64,000 nucleotides of DNA from Hypanus sabinus. Lineage: Eukaryota. The stretch is from contig NC_082739.1 of NCBI RefSeq assembly GCF_030144855.1, positions 14,074,001 to 14,138,000 of the forward strand, read 5' to 3'. Positions within the stretch are counted from its first letter, which is position 1; each line of letters opens with the position of its first letter. A program made the position numbers and the translations under genes. Under the pieces are notes generated by a model. That model was not told where the DNA came from and searched no databases. It was given only the letters and a program-made list of their open reading frames with translations. This document shows positions 24,512-37,326 of this stretch, in pieces.

Positions 24512-25269
24512 AAAGGTTCAATTAAATAAGTAGTGCAAAGACAGAAATCAAAAAAAGTAGTGAGTTAGTGTTCATGGGATCAATGTCCATTTAGAAATCA
24601 GAGGGGAGGAAGCAGTTTCTGAATCATTGAGTGTGTGTCTTCAGCACACTCTTAACACTACTCTCATCAACAGACTCGGTCATCTCATTGAAAAATCATT
24701 CAGGTAGGAACTTCCCTTAATAGAGCCATGTAGCCTATTTTTGATTAGCCCCGATCCTCCAAGTGCAGATTAATTCCGTTCCTCAGAATTTTCTCCAATA
24801 ATTTCCCTCCTACCGATAAGAAATGTGGAACAAAGGTAGATTAGAGGAGTCCAGGAATAAATCGCCCAAAGAACTGCTTGAAATGTCAAACAAAATCGTA
24901 TATCTGAATATTTCTGTTTCCCTGGAAGAACCATATTTCTCTGGTAAAATGGTATCATAATGCAGTGAAAAACAAAAAGGGCTTTTGGTCAGTTGTACAG
25001 TACCTATTGATGTCTTTCTAAAGTTAACCCTTTAGCCATCCTATACTCTTTCCCTATATCTGTGCAATTTTTTAAACATTAAATTATTTATCCAATTCTA
25101 AATTCATTTTTTAGAGTTTATTTCTACATCTCTGTCAGATTCAGGCTGTCCCTAGGTTACGGAAATCTCTTCATATCAATAAAATTTTGTCTATTAAACT
25201 GAAAAGTCTGATGTACATGCAAATGTTCATTGCTACAAATGGTAGAACTGGTTTCCTCTTTCTTTCTAC

Positions 25270-26350
25270 AAAGGAGATGTCTTCCTTTTTTAAAGAAAGG
25301 GGCTTCCCTTCGTCAACTCTGCCCTCTGCCCTCCATCGCATCTCCCATATTTCACGCACCTCTGCCCTCATCCCATCCCCCCACAAGCCCATCAGGGATA
25401 GAGTCCCCCTGGTCCTCACCTATCACCCTACCAGCCTACAGATCCAATGTATAATCCTCCGTAACTTCCACCACCTCCTACGGGATCCCACCACCAGACA
25501 CATCTTCCCCTCCCCCCCCCACGCTCAGCTTTCCGCAGGGATCGCTCCCTATGCGACTCCCTTGTCCATTCATCCCCCCCCCCCCATCCCTCTCCACGGA
25601 CCTCTCTCCAGGCACTCATCCCTGCAAATGGAAGAAGTGCTACACTTGCCCCCACACTCTTCCCTCACCACCATCCCAGGCCCCAGACAGTCCTTTCAGG
25701 TGAGGCACCACTTCACCTGCGAGTCAACTGGGGTGATATACTGTATCCGGTGCTCCCAATGTGGCCATTTATACATTGGGGAGCCCCGCCGCAGACTGGG
25801 AGGCTGTTTTGCCAAACACCGGCACTTGGTCCTCCAGCAGTGGCAGGATCTCCCTGTGGCCACACACTTCAATTCCACAGACCACTCCCACTCCGACATG
25901 TCTGTCCATGGCCTCCTCTACCGTCAAGATGAGGCCACACGCAGGTCGATGGAGCAATACCTTATCTCCCGCCCAGGTAGCCTCCGACCTGCCAGCATGA
26001 ACATTCAACTCACAGACCTCCGTTGATACCCCTGCCCCCCCTTACCCCATCCCTATCTATAATTTTAGTCTAGTTCTCTTTCTCTCTCTTTCCCCCCTCA
26101 CTATAATCTCCCCTCAGCCCTACCTTTCTTTCTCTTTTATTTCCCATAATTCTCCACCTTCCCCCCCAGCCCATTTCCCTTCAGCCTATCACTTCCCAGC
26201 TCTCTACTTCATCCCTCCCCCCACTTCTTATCCCCCCTCGACCATCCCATGTTACTTCACTCCTGGTGAAAGGTTTTGGCCCGAAATGTCGTTATTACCT
26301 CCTCCCATAGATGCTGTCTGGCCTGTTGAGTTCTGCCAGCATTTTGAGTT
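25270..26350 (+). mobile_element. Penelope-like element 3' part with GIY-YIG endonuclease remnant
   Basis: FFKERGFP, RVPLVLTYHP, then FTCESTGVIYCIRCSQCGHLYIGE..RRL...F.KH...PVATHFN. Pyrimidine-rich UTR and terminal repeat motif. Confidence 0.9.
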
Positions 26351-28492
26351 TTTATTCTTTCTTATCATTCTTATTTGCTCTTGATGCCAGTCATCACCAT
26401 TACTTTGAGTAATTTTTATTTGCATTTTCAACCTGTGGATGAAATCAGCTTGTGGACGTTTGTAAAAATGGAATTGCTGGTTACCTGAGGACGGCAGGAT
26501 TCCGTCCCAACTTAACCGGGATAGTTCACAAGCTGGAATCGCAGCCACAGAGTTCACACATGGCAGAAGATACCTGCTGCTCTACAGCTGGCAAATCCAT
26601 CCTTTTGGTCTCCTGAATGCTCAATCATCTGTATAGTCTGTATATAATTCAGGCTTTCATAAGCTGGGGAGGACCTGTAGTACGTTACAGATCGAAACTC
26701 AGTATGTAAGGAAAGTTTGCCTTCTCACTATCTCTGGCCCATTTGCCAATCACAGATCTGTGCTTTGGAAATTGGCCCACTAGGCAATGGAAGAGGTGTA
26801 TGTATAATTACTGTACCAAACCCACTTGTGTTTAATATTTGATTTCCCATGCTTGCTTGAGGTAGAGGGTTGCTCCTGCTGCCATTCTGGTAAATGCATC
26901 TGCACCGTCTCTTAATTGTTGACATTCCTCCTGTAGTTTGGTGTCTTAAATTTAGCAAGACTGCAGCTGGGTCCTGAGCAACTGGTGAGTCTCCGGAATT
27001 CGATGTTGCAATTTATTAGATTATTTCAGGCACATTATGATGTAATCAGTTGGACTGGACTGGAACCAGTGACTCATTGTTCTGCTTTTTGAGTATTTGT
27101 AAAGCTGAAATGGAAAAGTTAACAAAAAATATAATTCAGAGGTGCCATTACAACAGGAACTTGCTTTCTACAACCATAACAATCATGTAATTGAGCTTGA
27201 ACTGTCCTGAAAGATGAGCTCACATCAATTATGCTGCCCTAAATTATGCTGTGAGTTTAATTGCAGCTGATAGTTAAACATATGGAGTTTAATTAAAAAG
27301 TACGATCTCAGCAACTTTGCTTAGTCCTGTACCTGGGTGCCTGTCTTCTCTAAATTCTGATTACCAGCTTTGATACATGTCTTCCTCCCGGGATCAGGCA
27401 ACCTTTGACACATAATGGGAATTTGGATCTTCCCATAATGGTGACGAGAAGGTTGAAGAAGCTTCCCTGGCTGTGATTGAATCTGCTGGAGATATGAAAA
27501 TAGGAGGCCTTAACAGAACTGACTGGTCTGATGAAAACAATGAAGGGTCCCAGACAGAAATGTTAACCAAATGGTAGCATTTTCAGCTGATCTGATAGTC
27601 ATACACAGAATCAGACCCTTTGGCCCATCTGGTCCATGCTGAACTGTTATTCTGCCTAGTCCCATTGACTCTCACTTGGACCATAACCCTCCATCCCCCT
27701 CCAATCCATGTATTTATCTAAATTTCTCTTAATCTCTAGGTTCTCTAATGCCCTACCATTCTACTTCGCTTTCTTCCTTTAAAACGCTCTTTACAAATGC
27801 TCCTTGGCCAAGCTTTTGGTCATCAGTGCTAACATCTGTTTGTATTCTTTGCTTGAAATATGTTCTTATTGATATCAGTCTTAAACACATAGCAGATTTT
27901 CCAAATGTTTGGCGTTTGTCCTGATAATGTTCCACAACACACTATTATTCCATTGTTTTTTTCATACTGGTACGGTAAATTTTTGAGTGAACTCAGTGAG
28001 ATTAATGGGAATGGATAAAGATAAACAAGTACTCTCGAACCCGACTGTGGCCATGGATTTTACACATGTTCCTGACCCCCCCCCCCCCCCCCCGGCATTC
28101 CAGACCCCAACACCCACTCCAGCTGCAGAACTGCTTGCACTTATTTCAGGTTCTGGGCTATTGAGCTAGCCAGATGCTAGACCGCCATGGTTTTCAAACA
28201 ACTGGATGCCGGAATATTGGAGTTTACTGTAAGTGCCAATGATCAATTATTTCTGTTAGTTCCTTTCGAAAATTTCCATCAGTAAAGTGTTTGCAGAACA
28301 AGCACGATGACTTCAGAATCAGTGCTGTACAGTTGTGGGACGCAGGGAAAGGAAGAGGGGTGAGCGACACCTGAGAGTGCACAGCCCTTGAGTAATTGCT
28401 GAGGGAATGGGGCACTGCACTGTTGGAGGGGCAGCTGTAAACAAGGACTGCATTGTTGACAGAGAACTATTATTGCAGGTACAATACTGAAG

Positions 28493-29202
28493 GATTGCCA
28501 CCTTGTCGTGGTGGAGAGGCTTGTGAGTTCCTGAGATCCCAAGAGTATTGCCAAGAGTTTAGCTACCTGGCACTGGTAGGGTCACCCATGGGGGTAAGGT
28601 CAACGGGGAGGTCCCATACAAGGAGCGATCCATTCAAGACCTCAACAGTGGAGATGGCAGAAGGTGATGACACTTCACAAAGGCAGTGAAGTTGGTGGAA
28701 GATTGTAGGAGTGAAGGCTCACTAGTCATCTTGCATTCCATGTCACTGGATCCTGACCCCAATCTGTCAAGGATAGACAATAGGTGCAGAAGTAGACCAT
28801 TCGGCCCTTCGAGCCTGCACCGCCATTCTGAGATCATGGCTGATCATCTACTATCAATACCTGGTTCCTGCCTTGTCCCCATATCCCTTGATTCCCCTAT
28901 CCATAAATACCTATCTAGCTCCTTCTTGAAAGCATCCAGAGAATTGGCCTCCACTGCCTTCCGAGGCAGTGCATTCCAGACCCCCACAACTCTCTGGGAG
29001 AAGAAGTTTTTCCTTAACTGTGTGGTGGCTGCCCATGCATCAGCCTCCCCACTTTAAACAAGGTCACACACAGGCGTCCTTCATTAAGGGAATCCATCTT
29101 AACATCCCAGATTAAGACCCGTTGCGCCCCTCTCACATGAGGACCCACCAATAAAAAAAACCCTTAGGAGAACGCCACCCTTGAGTCGAGTGATCGCACT
29201 AC
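28493..29202 (+). mobile_element. Non-autonomous RTE-derived retroposon with a nested CR1 3' end
   Basis: Flanked by direct repeat TACTGAAG (28485-28492, 29203-29210), with an (act)n tail. The 5' gccaccttgtcgtggtggagaggcttg resembles RTE/BovB 5' UTRs. Confidence 0.6.
28774..29019 (-). mobile_element. Young CR1 3' end
   Basis: Nearly identical to 33758-34010 and to the reverse complement of ~56825-57060. Confidence 0.9.
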
Positions 29203-29869
29203 TACTGAAGATCCGCACAGTTGTGAGAGGCAACATTGATAGGGTGCTTTTTTATGACTGAGGAATGGCACAAATTAAGCGCTCTAAAGTTAATGGGATA
29301 ATATTGACTGAGTACTGTCAGAGGAGCAGTTCTAACAGAGCACCATTCCTTTGGCAGTGTCATGTTTTAAGCAAAGTTATACCTGCCCCTTAAACATCAC
29401 TATTTTCACAAGGAGTGGGGATTTTTATAATCTTCAGTGAATTTAAGATTATTATTTTAATCATTATTAATTAACTAGTTTTGGAGGTATACGGTAATTC
29501 TTAAAAATTTGTAAATAGCACAGAATTTTGACATCCTTCATAAAAAATAATGACATTTACAATGTAGTGTTGTGATCTACAGGGCATAGTGATACTATAA
29601 AGAGGCTGGTGGATGGGCAGGCACGTGGCTGTTGAAGTTCAGTGCAGGTGACTTGGAATGAACTGCATGCAGATGTAGTGGGGGCAGCTTCCAATGTGGC
29701 TTTTGAGAGGGAATTGGTAAGTAAATGGCGAAGGAAGATTTGCAAAGCTGCAGTTAAGAGAGTAGAGGAGGGGGCAGGAAAACCAGGGAGAGACCTTGTA
29801 TGAACACAGTGGGCCAAGAGGCCTCATTCTGTGTCATAACTATTCTGTAGCTCCATGATTTTACATATG

Positions 29870-29992
29870 TGGGATGTTTTTGAGTTTAAAGTGGTTTCCT
29901 GTATTTCAATGATAAATTAGCTCATTGGCTGTGAAGCACTTCAGCACATTCTGGAGTCCTGTTAGGCACTACGTAAATGCAAATTCTTTCTT
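29870..29992 (+). mobile_element. Old SINE/L2-type 3' tail remnant
   Basis: tgtgaagcactt...ggcactacgtaaatgcaaattctttctt resembles L2-related SINE tails. Recognised from memory only. Confidence 0.4.
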
Positions 29993-31858
29993 AATAACAT
30001 TCATTCCCTGCGGTCTTCTGCATCTACTCCACTGCATAATTTTCTCTGTCACCAGCTAACTATGGCACTTTGAGTGAAGTTATATCTTTTGATGTTCTTT
30101 GTTAGTATTTGTTTAATTGCTGTTCATTCTGTGTAATCGGCTTCTTCCTTCCTGAAGCCAATTGCTGTATCTACATGTTGATGGCGGGCTTTATAAGAAA
30201 ACATCGTCAGACTGACCCAGCCCAGCCCGGTCCCATACCGGGAGATGTGAACCTCATACTTACCCAGTCTGATCATGCACAGACTGACGTCATTGTTGGC
30301 GTGTTTTGGACTGTGTTGAATGAGGTTTCTTTCATTTATTTCTTATCTCAACAAATGCTTCTGCTTCATGTGATAGATAATTGTATGATAGCCATGGATT
30401 GGGGAGGGCAAGTGTGGAGCTGGTGGACTTGGAATGCAGTCCAAACCCCAGACTTCGCACACAACATGGGTTTCATCTCTGGCTTGAATCTGAGGCCGAC
30501 TGACACAGAGAGGAGTAGTCGTTTTATCCCAGTATTGGGCCAACATTTCCCCCTTTCATGCCTTTGGGAGTTCACTGCTCCTTCAACAAAGTCCCTCCAA
30601 AATCTCGGCATTCCTGCCAGTGGCCCTTTGCTGTGGGAAGGGAAGTCTGCAGGGAGCACAGGGCTGTGTTAGCCTTCTGATAGTCCTATCCCATGGAAAA
30701 TGCTATACTTCCTGGCCACCAACTGTCAGGCTATCACCCACACCCTCCTCCCACTGGTTCCCTCTCCCAACACTCCCATCTGCCCTCTCCACCTCCACCT
30801 CTCCATGCTCCACCTTCCTTTCCTATTCTCTTCAGACCATTATAGACTCCACCTATCACCTCCCAGATCCTGGTATTCCCACTTGCTTCTCCCCTGTCTG
30901 GCTATCACCCCTGAATCCACCCTCTTCTCCACCACTCCCATCTTCCCTCCCCACCGTTCTCCATCTCCCAGATTCTGGCACTATTCCAACTTTCCTCTTC
31001 CCCATATGGCTCTAACCCCTCCTGACGTGGGTACACCTCCCCCCTGCAACACTCCCGTCTGCCCTCTCCCCCTACTGTAACTGCCCGGTGCAGAGCTCCC
31101 TGGGGCAATGTCAGATGGCTCTGTCCCCACTGTGTCAGTCCAATGTCCTGTCAGACCTCCCAGCTTCTGTCGCTGTTTGTACTCTCCTCTTCCCCATCTG
31201 CCGAGCAACCCTCCTCACTTGGATCCACTGACAGCTTTCTACCTCTTGCTCCATCCCTTCCCCTGATACTGACTATCCCTCTTCCATCTTTCAGTCGAGG
31301 TGACAGAACATCGACTGTCCGTCTCCTTCTGCAGACGCTGCCTGACCCGCTGGGTCGGTCCGGCGTCCTGTGTGTACCCCTGTGCTGCACTCAGATGACA
31401 GCCCCGTTCCTCAGCACCACCACTCTGGTGTCCCTGTGCTCCCTCAAACAGCACTGGTAACCCTCTATATCTGCTCGAACAGTGGTTAAGTGAGGCTCCG
31501 AAATCTGCTTCTGAACTCCAGTCCATTGGTAAACTTCAAAGCTGACAAGAGAGGATTTACAATCCTATCGCAATCAAAACCTACTTGAGCTGAGGAGCTG
31601 GAAACCACTTGATTTTACAGCCTGAGTGTTTTATAACCACTTCAGTTTAACAAGGACCTGGATTGTTGAAGGATTGCCTCCCTGCTTGTCAAATAGCTCC
31701 TGTTCAGTACATGAGGAACAAAGAATGGGGAGATCTTCTGTTGCAGGGGCAAACTAGGCAAAAGGTCAGGGCTATCTTCCTGGGGTGGGCTTCAGTGTTT
31801 GTTTTCTAGTTTGGTGTCTCAGTGGCTCCCCCCAGTGGACAGGTACACTTCTATAAAG

Positions 31859-31978
31859 GACGCTACGATAAAGTACACAGCCGATGGCTGCTTGCTGCAG
31901 GAGATCCTGCAGGACACTGGTCTCAATCAGACTCAATCAGTTGTTCTGGATGAGGCCCATGAGATGAGCCTCAGCAAT
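31859..31978 (+). pseudogene. Orphan exon-sized DEAH-box helicase fragment (DHX40-like)
   Basis: DATIKYTADGCLLQEILQDTGLNQTQSVVLDEAHEMSLSN has motif Ib (KY..DGCLL) and motif II (LDEAHE). Bounded by AG (31857-58) and GT (31979-80), 120 nt. Confidence 0.8.
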
Positions 31979-33757
31979 GTTAAGTAATACTTCAGAATTC
32001 TCATGAAGTCTGTCTGGCCAAGGATTGAAGGAGGTGGCCTGAACTGGGGTTGGAGGCCTGTCTCGATGTGCAGGTGGGTGGGAGTGGGGCTTGTTTTGCT
32101 GTTGTTGTTTGTGCCTGTGTTGTCCTGTGTACACTTGTGGGCGGCCCCCAGCACGTGTGGATTACTCTTGATGTGATACGTACCATTAACATCTGCACTG
32201 TTATCTCCATCAGTTGCTCTGAAAACAATAGGAACTGATACTGAAATATTTCCATGGGAAAATTCAATATTGAATACTCAAAGGCCCTACAGAAATAACT
32301 CCTTTCAGACAGCACCTCAACAATAACTTGATAGGCCCCAGTCAACTGCAACACAGTGTGGCCACTGCATCTGCATCCCTGAAGTTACCCAGTGAAAAGA
32401 CTCATGTCTGTTCATGAGAATAAGCAGGAACTCAGGAGCGACAACAAAACTCTGATAAACTAGCACCATCGGGACTGTGATGTCAGATTGGCAGATTTTC
32501 CTGACCCTTGGATGTTATTCCCACTGTGGACTATTTTTAATTCACTATTTTTTTAGATATTACGCAATGAATTTAAAGAACTTTGATAAACAGGATCCTG
32601 TGAACTTAAAGGGAGTGCAGGAAATGGGGCCCCAGTAAGTGTAAAGGAGGATGGAAAATAGAACCCAGTGGGTCAGATCCTGAACTATTAGGATTTCTGA
32701 ATAGTAGGATACTGGATTATTGGAGTTTTAATAAACTCAAGGGTTTATTAAATTGGAAATTCCACCACATCTTAGGAGAAAAAGCATCTCTACGGATTCC
32801 TGGAGTCCAAAGCCCAACAGAAAACCTATAATCTAAAGAACAATTGGTGGGTGGGAGGAGAGCAGGAGATTTAGTAACTGCCTGGTAACCATGCACTGCA
32901 GATTCTTCAAAGCCCAATCACCCAGAGGCTTGCTCCTGAGAGCAAGAGAGGAAATGAACTATGAAGGACAGCCAGCCAGCCAATGAAAGAACACCTTATT
33001 AGTCCCCATGCCTCTCTCTCTTTGAGACCACCTTCTATCTGCATACAGTCAGAGGCTAAAGAGCAAAGCTCCAGACACTAGGACAACAAAGAGGTGGTCA
33101 TGGGAGGCAGAAGAGTGGCCATGGGTCGGTGGACTGGGCCACATTCAGGGACTCATCTGTGGGCCTGAATAAATACACCATGGTAGTCACGAATTTTATT
33201 AAAACAGTTGTAGACGAGTGTGTCCCTACAAAATTGTATAGAGTCTTCCCCAATCAGAGGCTCTGGATGAGCCATGAGAACTGCAATCTGCTGAGGGCCA
33301 GATCGGAGGCATTCAAGTCTGGTGGACCAAGAGGTCCAGGTATGATCTCCGGAAAGCCATCTCACAGGCAAAGTGGAAATTCCAGACCAAACTTAAGTCA
33401 ATGAGGGATGTTTGACAGTTGTGGCAGGGCTTGAATACTATCACCTCTTATAAGGTTAAATCAAGTGACATAGGCGACCACAGGGCCCATTGATCCTATG
33501 ATTTCAGTCTTTGAGGCCAATGTGAGAGCAGCCTTCAGGAGGGTGAACCCGTGGAAAGCATCCAGCTCAGACGGGGTACCTGGCCAAGTACTAAAGACCT
33601 GTGCTGATCAACTTGCTGGAGTGTTCACTGACATTTTTAACCTGTCACTTTGGCAGTCTGGGATACCCACCTGCTCCACAAACTCCGGTGCCTAAGAAGA
33701 ACGAGGTAACCTGACTATTGTCTGGTTGTGCTTACATCCACAGTGATGAAGTGTTTT

Positions 33758-36092
33758 ATAGACAATAGACAATAGTGCAGAAGTAGACCATTCGGCCCTT
33801 CAAGCCTGCACCGCCATTCTGAGATCATGGCTGATCATCTACTATCAATACCCGATTCCTGCCTTGTCCCCATATCCCTTGATTCCCCTATCCATAAGAT
33901 ACCTATCTAGCTCCTTCTTGAAAGTATCCAGAGAATTCACCTCCACTGCCTTCCGAGGCAGTGCATTGCAGACCCCCACAACTCTCTGGCAGAAGAAGTT
34001 TTTCCTTAACTCTGTCCTAAATGACCTACCCCTTATTCTCAAACCATGCCCTCTGGTACTGGACTCTCCCAGCATCTGGAACATATTTCCTGCCTCTATC
34101 TTGTCCAATCCCTTAATAATCTTATATGTTGCAATCAGATCCCCTCTCAATCTCCTTAATTCCAGCGTGTACAAGCCCAGTCTCTTTAACCCCTCTGCGT
34201 AAGACAGTCCAGACATCCCAGGAATTAACCTCGTGAATCTACGCTGCACTTCCTCTACAGCCAAGATGTCCTTCCTTAACCCTGGAGACCAAAACTGTAC
34301 ACAATACTCCAGGTGTGGTCTCACCAGGGCCCTGTACAAATGCAAAAGGATTTCCTTGCTCTTGTACTCAATTCCCTTTGTAATAAAGGCCAACATTCCA
34401 TTAGCCTTCTTCACTGCCTGCTGCACTTGCTCATTCACCTTCAGTGACCGATGAACAAGGACTCCTAGATCTCTTTGTATTTCTCCCTTACCTATCTCTA
34501 CACCGTTCAGATAATAATCTGCCTTCCTGTTCTTACTCCCAAAGTGGATAACCTCACACTTATTCACATTAAACGTCATCTGCCAAGTATCTGCCCACTC
34601 ACCCAGCCTATCCAAGTCACCCTGAATTCTCCTAACATCCTCATCACGTGTCACACTGCCACCCAGCTTAGTATCATCAGCAAACTTGCTGATGTTATTC
34701 TCAATGCCTTCATCTAAATTGTTGATGTAAATCGTAAACAGCTGTGGTCCCAATACCAAGCCCTGTAGCACCCCACTAATCACCACCTGCCATTCCGAGA
34801 AACACCCATTCACCGTTATCCTTTGCTTTCTATCTGCCAACCAGTTTTCTATCCATGTCAATATCTTCCCTCCAATGCCATGAGCTCTGATTTTACCCAC
34901 CAATCTCCTATGTGGGACCTTATCAAATGCCTTCTGAAAATCGAGGTACACTACATCCACTGGATCTCCCTTGTCTAACTTCCTGGTTACATCCTCGGAA
35001 AACTCCAATAGATTAGTCAAGCATGATTTTCCCTTGGTAAATCCATGCTGGCTCGGCCCAATCCTATCACTGCTATCTAGATATGCCACTATTTCATCTT
35101 TAATAATGGACTCTAGCATCTTCCCCACTACTGATGTTAGGCTGACAGGATGATTGTTCTGTTTTCTCCCTCCCTCCTTTCTTAAAAAGTGGGATAACAT
35201 TAGCCATTCTCCAATCCTCAGGAACTGACCCTGAATCTAAGGAACATTGGAAAATGATTACCAATGCATCCACAATTTCCAGAGCCACCTCCTTTAGTAC
35301 CCTAGGATGCAGACCATCTGGACCTGGGGATTTGTTAACCTTCAGTCCCATCAGTCTACTCATCACCATTTCATTCCTAATGTCAATCTGTTTCATTTCC
35401 TCTGTTACCTTATGTCCTTGGCCCATCCATACATCTGGGAGATTGCTTGTGTCTTCCCTAGTGTAGACAGATCTAAAGTACTTATTAAATTCTTCTACCA
35501 TTTCTCTGTTTCCCACAACAATTTCACCCAATTCATTCTTCAGGACCCAACATTGTTCTTAACTATCTTCTTTCTCTTCACATACCTAAAAAAGCTTTTG
35601 CCATCCTCCTTTATATTCCTGGCTAGCTTGCGTTCGTACCTCATTTTTTTTCTCCCTGTATTGCCTTTTTAGTTAAGTTCTGTTGTTCCTTAAAAATTTC
35701 CCAGACATCTGTCTTCCCACTCACCTTAGCTCTGTCATACTTCTTTTTTTAATGCTATGCAATCTCTGACTTCCTTTGTCAACCACTGTGGCCCCTTTCC
35801 CCCCTTTGAATCCTTCCTTCTCCAGGGGATGAACTGATTTTGCACCTTGTGTATTATTCTCAAGAATACCTGCCATTGCTGTTCCACTGCCTTTTCTGCT
35901 AGGATATCCATCCAGTTAACTTTGACCAGCTCCTCCCTCATGGCTCCATAGTCTCCTTTGTTCAACTGCAACACTGACACCTCCGATCTGCCCTTATCCT
36001 TCTCAAATTGCAGGTAAAAACTTATCATATTATGGTCACTACCTCCTAATGGCTCCTTTACTTCAAGATCGCTTATCAAATCCTGTTCATTA
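33758..36092 (-). mobile_element. Young CR1 LINE, 5'-truncated, with 451-aa open RT segment (33845-35200)
   Basis: QHGFTKGKSCLTNL, YLDFQKAFDKVPH, LFTIYINNL, KFADDTK. (ctattgt)n-type tail. Frameshift near 35160. Confidence 0.95.
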
Positions 36093-37274
36093 TTTGAGAC
36101 ACTGGTGATGAAACATATCAATTCCTGACTGAGAAGTGACTTGGATCTGCTCCAGTTTGCCTGCTGTCACAACAGGTCAACAGCAGATAGCATCTCATTG
36201 GCTCTTCACTCAACCCTGGAACATCTGGACAGCAAAGATGCATACATCAGGATGCTCTATCGACTTCAGCTCAGCATTCAATACCATCATCCCCTCAAAT
36301 CTAATCAATAAGCTTCAAGACTTTGGCCTCAATACCTCCTTGTGCAACTGGATCCTTGATTTCCTCACTTGCAGACCCCAATCAGTTCAGAATTCCAACA
36401 ACATCTCCACAATCTCCATCAATACAGGTATACCACAAGGCTGTGAGCTTAGCCCCCTGCTCTACTCACTTTACACTTGCGACTGTGTGGTGAAGCACAG
36501 CTCCAAAGCCATATTCAAGTTCACTGACAACACCACTGTCATTGGCCAAATCAAAGGTGGTGATGGATCGGCATATAGGAGGGAGATTGTGAATCTGGCC
36601 GAGTGGCATCATAACAAGAACCTCTTACCCAATGTCAGCAAGACCAAGGAGCTGATCAATGACTTCTGAAGGATGAAACTGGAGGTCCATGAGCCAGTTC
36701 TCATCAGATGATCAGAGGTGGATTGTCAGCAATTTAAATTCCTTGGTGTTATTACTTCAGAGGACCTGTCCTGGGCTCAACATGTAAGTGCAATTATGAA
36801 GAAAGCACGGCAGTGCCTCTACTTCCTTAGGAGTTTGCGAAGATTCGGCATGACATCTAAAACTTTGACAGTGGAGAGTATATTGACTGGCTGCATCACA
36901 GCCTGGTATGGAAACACAAATGCCCTTGAACAGAAAATCCTACAAAAAGTAGTGGATATGGTGCAGTCCATCATGGGTAAAGCCCTCCCCACAACTGAGC
37001 ACAGCTGCACAAAATGTTATTTCAGGAAAGCAGCATCCATCACCAGAGACCTTTTCCACCCAGGACAGGCTCTCTTCTCACTGCTGCCATCAGGAAGAAG
37101 GCATAGGAGCCTCAGGACTCACACCACCAGTTTCAGGAACAGTTATTGCCCCTCAACCATCAGGCTATTAAACCAAAGGGAATACTACACTTGCCCCATC
37201 ATTGAAATGTTCCCACAACATGTGGACTCACTTTCAAGGACTCTTCATCTCATGTTTTTGATATTTTATTGCTC

Positions 37275-37276
<2 letters not shown>

Positions 37277-37326
<50 letters not shown>
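37277..37326. repeat. (TTA)n microsatellite within LINE 3' UTR
   Basis: Seen directly. Confidence 0.98.

Noticed and set aside
30620-31460. Pro/Ser/Leu-rich ORFs
   Set aside because: Pyrimidine-rich low-complexity sequence resembling decayed Penelope-type UTR.
33845-35200. 451-aa RT ORF as a host gene or autonomous element
   Set aside because: 5'-truncated CR1 with an upstream frameshift, lacking ORF1 and most of the endonuclease.
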